Positions 50,121-60,882 of a stretch of 64,000 nucleotides of DNA are shown here, piece after piece. The notes beneath the pieces are model-generated. The model saw only the letters and a list, made by a program, of their open reading frames with translations. It was not told where the DNA came from and did not search any database. The stretch is from Candidatus Hydrogenedens sp. (GTDB lineage: Bacteria; Hydrogenedentota; Hydrogenedentia; Hydrogenedentales; Hydrogenedentaceae): NCBI GenBank assembly GCA_035378955.1, contig DAOSUS010000009.1, positions 10,119 through 74,118 on the forward strand. The letters run 5' to 3'. The first letter of the stretch is position 1; each line of letters begins with the position of its first letter. The translations under genes and the position numbers were made by a program.

Positions 50121-51965
50121 ATGGACGATTCTTCAAATTCCTTGATACGAAGAAAAATGAATTTGTTAATGGATTGTTGTGATAAGCCATTAGTTATTCT
50201 GGATATGGATGCAAATATATTTGAAACAAACAAATACTTCCCTAAAATAGTCAAAGAATATGAGGAAGAGTTAGTAAATAAATCCTTTTTTTTATTCTGT
50301 GATGAGAAAGCGAGAAAGGAAATAAAACGGATATTGAAACATAGAAGTCTTGTCGGACCTTTTATTTTTAAAGGGGGAATAAAAAGTGATGAGGAAACGA
50401 TAATCCCAGCTAATTTTTCAGCCAATTTTATTTTTGATGAAGAACAACAAAAAAGAGAATTAGTGCTACTTATAGAACCCGAATTTTCTGCTCGTTTTTC
50501 TATGTCTGACATTTTGAAATATCTCGGTGAATACTTACTGCCTTATATTCCTTTAGTAAGTCAAATCATTGACTCCCAAAAGAAGGTATTATATTCTATA
50601 AACTGGGATGACCTTCCTGAACCTGTAAAACAAATTGATATGAACGAACGGTTTTGTTGTTATTTAATGAAAAAGAAGAAAAATCTGAGAGAGTGTATAT
50701 GTGAAAAAGCACTAAAAGAAGGGAAAACCTTTGTAGAAGAAATAAATTTAGATACTCCATCAGGTACTGTTTGGTTGGTAATTGTTATTGCACCACTTTT
50801 CGATGAACAAAAAAAAGTAAAAGCCATTTTAAGTACTATTAACAATATAACAGAACAAAGACGAATGGAGAAGAATGTAGAAAAATATTTAATGCTTTCT
50901 CAACAGGATTCCATAGCCTCTCAATTATCAATAACATTGGCACGACATTTAAAAAATCCTTTAACTGTTATGTCTGGTGCTATAGAAATCCTTGCCAGTA
51001 GTATCCATGAACCTCTACTAAAAAGTGTTGTTGAAAAACTTCAGAAAAACTGTGAAAAGTGCCGTTCCATTATAAATCAAATTTATGAATATAAAGGAAT
51101 TTCCAATGAAGGAGTTATAAAAGTTGAAGTAAATGCTTTGATTCGTTCTATCGTCCTTCCTGTTTATTCTGCAAAATGTCCAAAAAATGTAGCATTTCGT
51201 TTTCCAGGTCCTGCAGTATATATCTCTTGTATTCCACGGCAATTTGCTCAGTCTCTTATATCCATTATAAATAATGCTGTTAAATATGCAGAAAATGAAG
51301 TTATCGTTGATATGAGCGTGAAAGAAAACAATGTTGTTATTTCTATAATGGATGATGGCCCGGGTATTCCAGAGGAAATCAAAAGAAAAATATTTGAACC
51401 TTTTTTTACTACAGATGACAATTCGAAGACATTAGGTTTAGGGCTAACACTTGCAAAAGCAGTAATTGAATCAATTGGAGGAACAATTCAAGTTAAAGAA
51501 GGGGTTTTAGGAGGAGCAGAATTTGTTTTAACTATTCCTCTATATCAAGAAAATATGGATGAAAATTACACACAAGAAATTTTTCCACAACTCAAGAAAT
51601 ATCAATTACTTATTGTAGAAGATGATAAAGATTTGCACCAACTTATTATAATCTCTCTGAAAAAGTCGGGTATGGATATTACCAGTGCTTATTCTACAGA
51701 TGAAGCAATTATAAAATTAAAACAGCAAAATTATGATTCAATTATCCTTGATATTCAACTTCCGGGTTCCATAACAGGTTATCAGTTATATAATTACATA
51801 ATAGAAGAAAGAAAATATCCTCCTAATAAAGTGATATTGATAACTGCTGACAGCATGAACCTATCCACACAAAAATTCCTACAAAAAGTAAGAAGCCTTT
51901 GTCTGGAAAAGCCATTTCAATTTGAAGACCTTAAGAAAATTGTGGAAACAAGTCTAAATCTTTAA
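50121..51965 (+). CDS. Cytoplasmic hybrid sensor histidine kinase / response regulator
   Basis: 614 aa. No TM helices. N-terminal PAS-like region. HisKA (ARHLKNPL). HATPase_c (DDGPGIP…GLGLTLAK). C-terminal receiver (LLIVEDD…ILDIQLPG). Confidence 0.8.
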   Translation: MDDSSNSLIRRKMNLLMDCCDKPLVILDMDANIFETNKYFPKIVKEYEEELVNKSFFLFCDEKARKEIKRILKHRSLVGPFIFKGGIKSDEETIIPANFSANFIFDEEQQKRELVLLIEPEFSARFSMSDILKYLGEYLLPYIPLVSQIIDSQKKVLYSINWDDLPEPVKQIDMNERFCCYLMKKKKNLRECICEKALKEGKTFVEEINLDTPSGTVWLVIVIAPLFDEQKKVKAILSTINNITEQRRMEKNVEKYLMLSQQDSIASQLSITLARHLKNPLTVMSGAIEILASSIHEPLLKSVVEKLQKNCEKCRSIINQIYEYKGISNEGVIKVEVNALIRSIVLPVYSAKCPKNVAFRFPGPAVYISCIPRQFAQSLISIINNAVKYAENEVIVDMSVKENNVVISIMDDGPGIPEEIKRKIFEPFFTTDDNSKTLGLGLTLAKAVIESIGGTIQVKEGVLGGAEFVLTIPLYQENMDENYTQEIFPQLKKYQLLIVEDDKDLHQLIIISLKKSGMDITSAYSTDEAIIKLKQQNYDSIILDIQLPGSITGYQLYNYIIEERKYPPNKVILITADSMNLSTQKFLQKVRSLCLEKPFQFEDLKKIVETSLNL

Positions 51966-52070
51966 CAAAAAAGCAACTACTAATTGTATTATCATTTTTT
52001 CTCACCCTATTAGTTGTGTTATAGTTATATACAAATAAAAATCAAATTTATAATTCAGGCTTATGAATTT

Positions 52071-54785
52071 ATGAATAGAAAAAAATTATATTATTCGATT
52101 TCTTATTTGGGTTTGATTTGTGTCTCTGTAGTTATAAGTTTATTATCAGGATGTGCAAAAGAACATAGATTAAAACCTATCCATTTTAGACCTGTACCCC
52201 CTCCAGAAATCCCATCTCAAGAATTACCTCCTGTGGCAACAGCATCACCAGTTCAATCTATTCGAATAGCCAATGCCTATTTTGAAGAAGCCCAAAATGC
52301 ACTTCAGAAAAATGATAAAAAGACTGCTCAGGAAAAATATTTAACTGCCCGTAGGACATTAATAAGTGTCGGAATCGTCCCCTGTATTTTTCGTGATTTA
52401 GAATCATGGGAAAGGGACATGCTTCCGGAATCAGAAAAGAAAATAAACCTTCAGTCTATGAATACATATAAGATAATAGAAGGACTGAAAGGTTCTCCAC
52501 CTTATAGTTCTATTGATATTCCTTTTCCTGTCCCAGAAAGAGTTTTATATGAAATTGAAGACGCTCAAACGAGGTATCCAGACCGTTTTCAGGAAGGCTT
52601 GGACCGAAGTGGTTATTATGTCCCTTATATAAGGGAATCTCTAAAAAAGGCAGGCTTACCTCAGGAATTATGTTGGTTGGCGATGGTAGAAAGTATGTAT
52701 AAACTAAAAGCATACTCTTCTGCAGGTGCTGCGGGTATGTGGCAATTTATTCGTTCAACAGGCGAACACTACAATATGAGAATTGACTCATATATAGATG
52801 AAAGATATAATTGGGTCATTGCAACATCTCATGCTATTGAATATTTAACCAATCTTCACAACTTTTTTAAAGGGGATTGGAATCTGGCTATAAGTGCTTA
52901 TAATATGGGAGAAGGGGCATTAATGCGTAAAATTGAAGCCAATGGGAGAAATAGGAACTTTTGGACACTTATCGAAACACCTCCCGCCTCTTATGAAATT
53001 AGAGATGAAACAAAAAAATATCTCCCGCGGTTTCTTGCTTATATACTCATTTGTAACGACCCAGTTCCTTACGGTTTTTCACCTTCCCCTTATCAACCCA
53101 TTAAATGGGATGAAGTTGAAGTTAGCGGGATGTATGCACTGGATGCATTAGATAGAGCCATGGGTTATACAGCGGGAACACTTTCTTCCTGGAACCCATT
53201 TTTAATTCGAGGAACCACTCCACCTACAGGATGTAAATTAATGATACCTGCAGGAGATGGCTCAAAATTATTGGCAATGCTAAATAATCCATCTATTAAG
53301 CAAGCCGAAGTAATCACATATAAAGTTAAGAAAGGTGAAACTGCTTATCATATTGCACAAAAATATGACATTTCCGTTAATGAATTGCTGAAAATCAATG
53401 ATTTCAATAGCGTGAAATCTGTAAAGGCAGGAATGGAAATACAAGTTCCTCTCTCAAAGAAAGGGCGTTTTAGTTTTGCTAAAAGTGAAGATAAAGAAGC
53501 TAAAAAAGAACTTGAACAAGAAACCAAAGATTACCATCTTGTTCAAAAAGGGGAGACCTTATTTTCTATAGCGAAGAAATATAACATTGAAGTAGAAAAT
53601 TTAGCAGTATGGAATAATATGAAAAGTGACCAGAGATTGAAAGTGGGGGATAGAATATCCATAAAGCCACTTCCCTCTCAAAATGTTGAGGTATCCCAAT
53701 CTATTCCCCATGAAGAAGAGAAACAGCAAACAAGAGATATTTATCATGTAGTTAAAGCAGGAGATACTATTAATTCAATATCTAAAACATATTCTACGGA
53801 ACCTGAAAAGATTATGCAGATGAACAATCTTTCAGCGAAATCAATATTGCATATAGGTCAAAGGCTGGTTGTCGGGAAAGAAACAATCAAGAAAACACAA
53901 GACACAAGACCAATAACAGTTTCTACGGATATTCCAAAAGATAATAAAAATACCGAAATAAACAATGAAAATAAAGTGCACGAAATTCAGAAAGGAGATA
54001 CACTTGGGAAAATTGCTTCTCTTTATAAGATTGATATAGGTAAATTAAAACAATGGAATAAATTGGATGATAATTCCACGCTTAAAATAGGACAAAAAAT
54101 ATATTTATATGACCCTGAGATAAAAGAGAATACCCAACCCAAAGAGGAAAAATCTCAGGGAAATGTATACCTTGTAAAACAGGGGGATACTCTCTCTAAG
54201 ATTGCAAGAGAAAACAATACAAGCATAAAAAATATTATGGAGTTAAATAACCTGAATGAAAATTCTAATTTACAAATTGGACAAAAAATTATCTTGTCTC
54301 GGGAGATAACGAATAATAAAAGCAATACCTCGCAAATATCAAAAGAAAAAACATCTGTAAAAGAAAATATTGTTCCCACAGATTTTGTCTTATATCGTGT
54401 GCAACCCGGAGATAATTTATGGTCAATAGCAAGGAAAAATAACATTTCTGTGAACGAATTAACTCAATGGAACAATTTAGATACCTCAAAACAATTGAAA
54501 ATTGGTCAGGAAATAAAAATACGAGCGGTAGTAAAACAGGGCGAAAAAATAGATAACAAAGATAGAGTTCAAGTATCTGAAGTAACTGCTACAGCCAAGC
54601 CACAAGTTATACCACAGCAAGATAAAAAGCAATCTAAAATAGATACCTACACCGTCCAAAAAGGAGACTCTTTATATACAATTTCTAAAAAGTTAGGAAT
54701 TTCTTTAAAGGAACTTAAAGAAATTAATAATTTTGATGAGAAGAAAGTCCTTCAGGTGGGAGAAGTAATTCGTATTAAAAAATAA
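52071..54785 (+). CDS. MltD-like membrane-bound lytic murein transglycosylase with a C-terminal array of about 8 LysM domains
   Basis: Lipoprotein signal (…LLSGC) after Met 52071. SLT domain (ESMY…AGAAGMWQFI). Repeated LysM units (Y.V..GDTL..IA.KY…N.L). The track ORF starts at 52014. Confidence 0.8.
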   Translation: MNRKKLYYSISYLGLICVSVVISLLSGCAKEHRLKPIHFRPVPPPEIPSQELPPVATASPVQSIRIANAYFEEAQNALQKNDKKTAQEKYLTARRTLISVGIVPCIFRDLESWERDMLPESEKKINLQSMNTYKIIEGLKGSPPYSSIDIPFPVPERVLYEIEDAQTRYPDRFQEGLDRSGYYVPYIRESLKKAGLPQELCWLAMVESMYKLKAYSSAGAAGMWQFIRSTGEHYNMRIDSYIDERYNWVIATSHAIEYLTNLHNFFKGDWNLAISAYNMGEGALMRKIEANGRNRNFWTLIETPPASYEIRDETKKYLPRFLAYILICNDPVPYGFSPSPYQPIKWDEVEVSGMYALDALDRAMGYTAGTLSSWNPFLIRGTTPPTGCKLMIPAGDGSKLLAMLNNPSIKQAEVITYKVKKGETAYHIAQKYDISVNELLKINDFNSVKSVKAGMEIQVPLSKKGRFSFAKSEDKEAKKELEQETKDYHLVQKGETLFSIAKKYNIEVENLAVWNNMKSDQRLKVGDRISIKPLPSQNVEVSQSIPHEEEKQQTRDIYHVVKAGDTINSISKTYSTEPEKIMQMNNLSAKSILHIGQRLVVGKETIKKTQDTRPITVSTDIPKDNKNTEINNENKVHEIQKGDTLGKIASLYKIDIGKLKQWNKLDDNSTLKIGQKIYLYDPEIKENTQPKEEKSQGNVYLVKQGDTLSKIARENNTSIKNIMELNNLNENSNLQIGQKIILSREITNNKSNTSQISKEKTSVKENIVPTDFVLYRVQPGDNLWSIARKNNISVNELTQWNNLDTSKQLKIGQEIKIRAVVKQGEKIDNKDRVQVSEVTATAKPQVIPQQDKKQSKIDTYTVQKGDSLYTISKKLGISLKELKEINNFDEKKVLQVGEVIRIKK

Positions 54786-54872
54786 AAAATTGTTGGATTA
54801 ATAATTACAGGGTATATTTACTTTTATCCAACAACTGATTTATAATTTATTTAAAGAATAGGTTTTAATAAT

Positions 54873-55436
54873 ATGAAAAAACAATTTTTTCTTGTTTTTA
54901 CTTTAATATCTTTATTGACTTTATATTTATGGAGTGAAGATACTAAAAACATAGGAATTGCGGATATGTCATCTTCTCGTTTAACTATTACCAGTTCAGC
55001 ATTTAAGATGGGTTCTACTATTCCCAAAAAATATACGGGAGATGGTGTTGATGTTTCTCCACCGTTAAGTTGGGATGGTGTCCCAGAAGGAACGAAGTCA
55101 TTGGCACTAATTTCAGACGACCCGGATGCCCCTGTAGGAACATGGGTTCATTGGGTTATTTTTAACATTCCTTCTTCGGAAAAGGGTCTCCCCGAGGGAG
55201 TTCCCAAACAAAATACACTCTCTAACGGTGCTAAACAGGGTATGAACGATTTCCGAAAGATTGGATATAACGGTCCTGCTCCTCCTCCAGGTAAGCCTCA
55301 TAGGTATTATTTTAAATTATATGCTCTGGATATAGTATTGGATTTGTCTGCAGGTATAAAGAAGTCAGAATTGTTAAAAGCAATGGAAGGGCATATACTT
55401 TCCACATCCGAGTATATGGGGACTTACCAAAGGTAG
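54873..55436 (+). CDS. YbhB/YbcL-family PEBP (Raf-kinase-inhibitor-like) protein
   Basis: 187 aa. Signal peptide. DDPDAPVGTWVHWV and YNGPAPPPG…HRYYFKLYALD motifs. Confidence 0.8.
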   Translation: MKKQFFLVFTLISLLTLYLWSEDTKNIGIADMSSSRLTITSSAFKMGSTIPKKYTGDGVDVSPPLSWDGVPEGTKSLALISDDPDAPVGTWVHWVIFNIPSSEKGLPEGVPKQNTLSNGAKQGMNDFRKIGYNGPAPPPGKPHRYYFKLYALDIVLDLSAGIKKSELLKAMEGHILSTSEYMGTYQR

Positions 55437-55519
55437 TTTATCGAAAAAATAATGGTTATATACATTATCCAGAAAGTAGGATTTTTTTAAAATAATTAAA
55501 GTAAAGAAAGGGAAAAGAA

Positions 55520-58500
55520 ATGCTTCCGTTAGAAGTAGAACACAAATTGGAACACCGTCTTGAAGTTATTAATAAATGGCGTTATGGAAAAATAGGTGAT
55601 GTTGATTTAGAAATGGCGGTAACAAAGGAGCATTTTAGAACTCCTCCGGAACATCTTGAATATAACCCTGCCCCTATTGGTTCTAAATGGGGTAGTCATT
55701 GGGAAACTGTTTGGTTTCGTGGGCAAATAGAAATACCTAAACAATATAAAGGTTATCGGATATATTACAGGCATGATAGTGTCGCAGAAAAATTACTGTT
55801 TGTGAATGGCAAGCCTTATGCTGGAATGGATATAAAACATCCAGCAGTATTACTAAATCCTTATTCCAAAGGTGGGGAACAATATAATATTTATGTAGAG
55901 GCATATTGTGGACACCCATTTCCCGGCGTAGAAGGTTATGATATTAGAGTAAGGACTTTACATTCGGTGGGAGAGGCACCTGAAAGTGAGCCACCTCTTG
56001 AATTAGAATCAAGTGAATTATTGTATGAAAGAGTTCATATAACGCAGTTATATTTCGATGCTCTTGCTTTACTCCAAACATCTAAAATCCTGGATAAAAA
56101 CTCTCTAAGACGAGCCAGGATATTAAAAGGGTTAAATGAAGCATTAGACTGTATTCCGATGCATTGGGTGACAGAGGAAGAGTTAGAAACTGCGGTAAAG
56201 ATTGCTCAAAAAGTAATAAACTCTTTAATGAAATGTCATAATGGTACTACAACACCTTTTATAGGTATTGTTGGACACGCTCATATTGATATTGGATGGC
56301 TCTGGCCTGTTAAAGAGACAATTCGGAAAGCCGCTCGCACCTTTTCAAGTATGTTATTACTGATGGAGACCTATCCCGAATTCCGTTTCATACAGTCACA
56401 ACCTGTTTTGTATCGGATGATAGAAGAAAATTATCCAGAACTTTTAGGAAAAATAGTAAAAAGGGTAAAAGAGGGACGATGGGAACCTAATGGCGGAATG
56501 TGGGTTGAAGCGGATTGCAATATTTCAGGGGGAGAGTCCCTGGTGCGACAATTTTTGGAAGGAATAAAAGCAGTAAAAAAATATTTTGGATATGTTCCAG
56601 ATACATTATGGTTACCCGATGTTTTTGGTTATTCTTCTGCTTTACCTCAAATCTTAAATAAATGCAATATAAAGAACTTTGTTACGAGCAAAATAAACTG
56701 GAATGATACAAATCGCTTTCCCTACGATACTTTTTGGTGGCAGGGAATAGATGGCTCTCGTATTTTTACACATTTTTTAACAACCCGAACCAATGGCTAC
56801 AATGCTTTTCCCAATCCTATTGTTATTAAAGAAACATGGAATTATGTTCAACACAAAGAAATCCAGAACGCCGTTTTATGTTCGATAGGATATGGTGATG
56901 GAGGAGGTGGGACTACTTTAGAAATGATTGAAATAGCCAGACGGTTGAAAGATTTGGAGGGATGTCCCAAAGTTGATTTTGTAAATGTTTCCGAATTTTT
57001 ATCTAAACTTCGAGAAGATATTAAAGATGAAATTCCTTGTTGGGTAGGGGAACTCTATCTTGAACTTCATCGAGGCACATATACAACACAGGCAAAAACA
57101 AAGAAATACATGCGAAAATTAGAATTGCTACTGCGGAGTGTTGAGATTTGGGCTTCTTTGGCATTTATTTATGGGAACGAATATCCATCGCAAAAATTAG
57201 AAACTTTATGGAGAAAATTGTTGACAAATCAATTTCACGATATACTGCCCGGTAGTTCAATCCATGAAGTTTATCAAGATGCGGAGAAAGAGTTTGAGGA
57301 GATAGAAAAGGAATTAAAAGATATTCAAGAAAAAACTATAGAATTTTTAGGAACAAAAATTCATTCTGACCCGAATAATAACGGATATTTAATCTGTAAT
57401 TCTTTGCCATGGGAAAGAAATGACACCGTTTTTATACCCAATAAGGAATATAGTGCTGCTATTGATGTGAATGGCAACAATCTGGAAACCCAACAAACTC
57501 AGCAAGGACTGTATGTTTCTGTATCATTACCACCGATGAGTATTATCCCCATTGCATTAAGAAAAATAGAAACTATCAATCCAAGTCCCTTTGTCAATAT
57601 CAATGACACATTAGAAACACCTTTTTATAAAGTAAAGTTTGATAAATCTGGTAGAATTATTAGCCTATGGGACAAAGAAGCACATCGAGAGGTTGTAAAA
57701 GAAGGATATTCCTTAAATTCTCTTTATACAGCGGAAGATATTCCTGTTTGCTGGGATGCATGGGATATTAATTCGGATTACAGAGATAAAATACAATATG
57801 AAGAAAATCTCGTTTCATCAAAAGTAATTGAAGATGGGTCTATTATGCATGTAATTCGTAGGGAATATAAGATAGGGAAGAGGTCAAATCTTGTTCAGGA
57901 TATTGTCTTCTATTCGAAAAATCGACGGATAGATTTCAAAACAGAAGTAGATTGGCATGAGAAGCATACATTATTAAAAACGGGGTTCTATTTTAATATT
58001 CTGGCGGAGGAATTTAAAAATGAAATACAGTTCGGTCATATAGTTCGACCTTTACACCAAAATACCTCATGGGATAGAGCAAAATTTGAAGTTTGTGCCC
58101 ATAAATGGGTAGATGTTTCGGAAGCAGATTATGGTGTTGCTTTGATTAATGATTGTAAATATGGACACGATGCATATAAAGGCCGTATATCACTAACACT
58201 CCTTCGTTCTCCTATGGCTCCCGATATGGAAGCAGACCAGGGAAAACATATATTTACCTACGCTATTTTACCTCATAGGGGAGATTTTAATGTTAAATCT
58301 GTTGTCCGTTCCGCTTATGAATTAAATGTGCCTATAGATGTTTATGCTCACCATAAAAAAGAGGAAACAACACAAGAAAGCATATCTTTATGTTGGATTG
58401 ATAATACCAATGTTATTATTGAGACTGTAAAGAAATGCGAATTAGATGAATCTATCATAATCCGTCTTTATGAAGCAGGAAAAACAAGAGGTTTTGTCAA

Positions 58501-58648
58501 TCTTTCATTCCCATTCCGAATTAAGAAAGCCTACGAGTGTAATCTATTAGAAGAAAATACCGTTTCTTTAGATGTATCAAATAATAATGTTAAAATTTCA
58601 ATTACTCCATTTGAAATCAAGACGATAAAAGTATATTATCGTAGTTAG
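55520..58648 (+). CDS. Alpha-mannosidase, glycoside hydrolase family 38
   Basis: 1042 aa. GHAHIDIGWLW (GH38 catalytic N-domain). QFHDILPGSSI. Length and domain order are typical. No signal peptide, so the enzyme is cytoplasmic. Confidence 0.85.
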   Translation: MLPLEVEHKLEHRLEVINKWRYGKIGDVDLEMAVTKEHFRTPPEHLEYNPAPIGSKWGSHWETVWFRGQIEIPKQYKGYRIYYRHDSVAEKLLFVNGKPYAGMDIKHPAVLLNPYSKGGEQYNIYVEAYCGHPFPGVEGYDIRVRTLHSVGEAPESEPPLELESSELLYERVHITQLYFDALALLQTSKILDKNSLRRARILKGLNEALDCIPMHWVTEEELETAVKIAQKVINSLMKCHNGTTTPFIGIVGHAHIDIGWLWPVKETIRKAARTFSSMLLLMETYPEFRFIQSQPVLYRMIEENYPELLGKIVKRVKEGRWEPNGGMWVEADCNISGGESLVRQFLEGIKAVKKYFGYVPDTLWLPDVFGYSSALPQILNKCNIKNFVTSKINWNDTNRFPYDTFWWQGIDGSRIFTHFLTTRTNGYNAFPNPIVIKETWNYVQHKEIQNAVLCSIGYGDGGGGTTLEMIEIARRLKDLEGCPKVDFVNVSEFLSKLREDIKDEIPCWVGELYLELHRGTYTTQAKTKKYMRKLELLLRSVEIWASLAFIYGNEYPSQKLETLWRKLLTNQFHDILPGSSIHEVYQDAEKEFEEIEKELKDIQEKTIEFLGTKIHSDPNNNGYLICNSLPWERNDTVFIPNKEYSAAIDVNGNNLETQQTQQGLYVSVSLPPMSIIPIALRKIETINPSPFVNINDTLETPFYKVKFDKSGRIISLWDKEAHREVVKEGYSLNSLYTAEDIPVCWDAWDINSDYRDKIQYEENLVSSKVIEDGSIMHVIRREYKIGKRSNLVQDIVFYSKNRRIDFKTEVDWHEKHTLLKTGFYFNILAEEFKNEIQFGHIVRPLHQNTSWDRAKFEVCAHKWVDVSEADYGVALINDCKYGHDAYKGRISLTLLRSPMAPDMEADQGKHIFTYAILPHRGDFNVKSVVRSAYELNVPIDVYAHHKKEETTQESISLCWIDNTNVIIETVKKCELDESIIIRLYEAGKTRGFVNLSFPFRIKKAYECNLLEENTVSLDVSNNNVKISITPFEIKTIKVYYRS

Positions 58649-58663
58649 AATGGATATATAAGA

Positions 58664-59119
58664 ATGAAAGAGAATAATATTGACCAAAAGGTAATGGCAT
58701 TTTCTCAGGAATGTATCCGCTGGGTAGTTCGGTTCCTGACTATTATAATGGTTTTTGTTATTGCCTATTCTGCTCTGGATATTGTTAGTGTTGTGTTGTC
58801 TAAAATATGGAATGTTCCTAAATTCTTCCTCACGGTAGACGACCTGGTGGATATTTTTGGTGCATTTTTAGGAGTTTTGATAGCCATTGAGATTTATGAA
58901 AATATAATAATTTATCTCCGCGAAGATGTAATTCATGTCCGAGTTGTTGTGGCTACTGCACTTATTGCTGTTAGCAGGAAAGTAATTATTATGGATTTTA
59001 ATAAAGTAGAAGCCTTTAATGTTCTTGCATTAGGAGCATTAGTAATTGCAGTTGCTGTTGCATACTGGTTTGTTCGCTCAGAAAAGAAATCATCAAAAAC
59101 AGAAGAAAAAGACTTATAG
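58664..59119 (+). CDS. PsiE-family (phosphate-starvation-inducible) membrane protein
   Basis: 151 aa. 4 TM helices. Resembles the PsiE pattern (…YLREDVIHVRVVVATALIAVSRKVIIMD…). Confidence 0.55.
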   Translation: MKENNIDQKVMAFSQECIRWVVRFLTIIMVFVIAYSALDIVSVVLSKIWNVPKFFLTVDDLVDIFGAFLGVLIAIEIYENIIIYLREDVIHVRVVVATALIAVSRKVIIMDFNKVEAFNVLALGALVIAVAVAYWFVRSEKKSSKTEEKDL

Positions 59120-59137
59120 ATAAAATAAAACAATTGT

Positions 59138-60115
59138 ATGAACACAATTGCAATCCTAAAAACGGTTCATTTAACAAAAAAATACTCAGGATTTTCTTCA
59201 AAAGAATATTACGCTGTAAATGACCTTTCTTTTGAAATAAATAAAGGGGAGGTTTTTGGCTTTCTCGGGAGGAACGGTGCTGGTAAAACGACAACAATCA
59301 AGATGATTTGTGGATTATTAATACCTACTTCCGGAAAGGTATATATTAACGGTATAGAAACTATAGACCCCAATTCAAGAAAAAATCTTGGATACCTTCC
59401 TGAACAACCTTACTTTTATGAATATCTTACACCGAGGGAAACTATCGAGTTCTATTGTAGATTAAAAGGCATAGATTCAAAAGAAAGACAACAAGAATGG
59501 TTAAGACTTTCTGAACTTCTTGATTTAAAACCAATTGCAGATATCAGATTGAAAAATTTTTCCAAAGGGATGAGACAAAAAATAGGTTTTGCTATAGCAT
59601 TAGTAGGAAATCCGGATTTTTTGATTTTAGATGAGCCTATGAGTGGATTAGACCCTGTGGGAAGGAAACATATCCGCGAACTTATTCAACAACAAAAAGA
59701 GATGGGAAAGACTATATTCTTTAGTTCCCATGTTTTAAGTGATGTAGAACAATTGTGTGATAGAGTAGGTGTATTATCAAAGGGTAAATTGGTTGCTATT
59801 GGGCATGTTCGAGAAGTTCTACAACAAGATATTCGACAGGTTGAAGTAATATTCAAAAATTTAGACACGGCTCTAATACCTCCATTGCAAAAAAAAGGTA
59901 CATTAATCCGAACATGGGAAGACTATTTCCAATTCCGATTTGAAAATATTTCTATTGCCAATCAAGTAATAACCGAATGCCTACAAAAAGGTGCTGTTAT
60001 TATAGAATGTAGCCCTCAAAGAGAAACATTAGAAGACTACTTTATAAGAATGCAAATCGTTGAAGATAGTCAAATAAGGAAAAATGATATTTACTATTCC
60101 CGAGTTGAGGAATAA
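59138..60115 (+). CDS. ABC transporter ATP-binding protein
   Basis: 325 aa. Walker A GRNGAGKTT. Signature FSKGMRQK. Walker B LILDEPMSG. Extra C-terminal domain. Confidence 0.85.
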   Translation: MNTIAILKTVHLTKKYSGFSSKEYYAVNDLSFEINKGEVFGFLGRNGAGKTTTIKMICGLLIPTSGKVYINGIETIDPNSRKNLGYLPEQPYFYEYLTPRETIEFYCRLKGIDSKERQQEWLRLSELLDLKPIADIRLKNFSKGMRQKIGFAIALVGNPDFLILDEPMSGLDPVGRKHIRELIQQQKEMGKTIFFSSHVLSDVEQLCDRVGVLSKGKLVAIGHVREVLQQDIRQVEVIFKNLDTALIPPLQKKGTLIRTWEDYFQFRFENISIANQVITECLQKGAVIIECSPQRETLEDYFIRMQIVEDSQIRKNDIYYSRVEE

Positions 60116-60120
60116 AAAAA

Positions 60121-60882
60121 ATGAGAATTTTAGCAGTAGCCCAAAATACTTTCCGCGAATCTGTTCGCGATAAAGTTTTGTATGTTTTGTTACTTTTTGC
60201 AGGGGTGGTTATTATTGGCTCAAAAGCAGTGGGATGGATAAGTATTGGACAGGATATAAAGATTATTAAAGACTTATCCTTAGCGGGAATGTCTGTTTTT
60301 GGGGCTTTAATTGCTATTTTTGTGGGAACAAATCTTGTTTATAAAGAAATTGACAAACGGACGATTTATACAATCATTGCCCAACCTTTACATCGTTATG
60401 AGTTTGTTATCGGGAAATATTTAGGTTTGTCCCTTTTAATTTTCGGGGTGGTTGTCTTGATGAGTATTATATCTGCGATATATATTGTTGTTTTAGGCGG
60501 AGATATTAATCATTGGTATTTTATCGCTTCGTTCCTTATCTTTATGAAATTATTATTAGTAACAGCCCTTGCTGTTCTCTTTTCTACTTTAAGTTCTCCT
60601 ATTTTAGGAGCAATTATTGTATTTTGTTTTTATGTATTTGGGCATTCAACAGGAGTGTTAATTGACCTTCCACCGAATTTCGAAGGGACATGGAGTAAAC
60701 CCGTTTTACAAGCACTATATTACATATTGCCTAATTTTTCTAATTTTGACATCCGTTCTGAAGTTGTTAATGGGGTTCCTGTGTCCTATGTGTATGTGAT
60801 TTATATAATTATATATGCAATCTTATATTCGATGTTTTTTATTTATTTTGCGGTCTTAATGTTTCAGAGGAAAGATGTTTAA
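60121..60882 (+). CDS. ABC-2 type transporter permease
   Basis: 253 aa. 6 predicted TM helices. Immediately follows the ATPase. Confidence 0.65.
   Translation: MRILAVAQNTFRESVRDKVLYVLLLFAGVVIIGSKAVGWISIGQDIKIIKDLSLAGMSVFGALIAIFVGTNLVYKEIDKRTIYTIIAQPLHRYEFVIGKYLGLSLLIFGVVVLMSIISAIYIVVLGGDINHWYFIASFLIFMKLLLVTALAVLFSTLSSPILGAIIVFCFYVFGHSTGVLIDLPPNFEGTWSKPVLQALYYILPNFSNFDIRSEVVNGVPVSYVYVIYIIIYAILYSMFFIYFAVLMFQRKDV

Noticed and set aside
54790-54834. Inverted repeat ttgttggat / atccaacaa after the MltD gene
   Set aside because: It has a 27-nt loop and no T-tract, so it is not a convincing intrinsic terminator.
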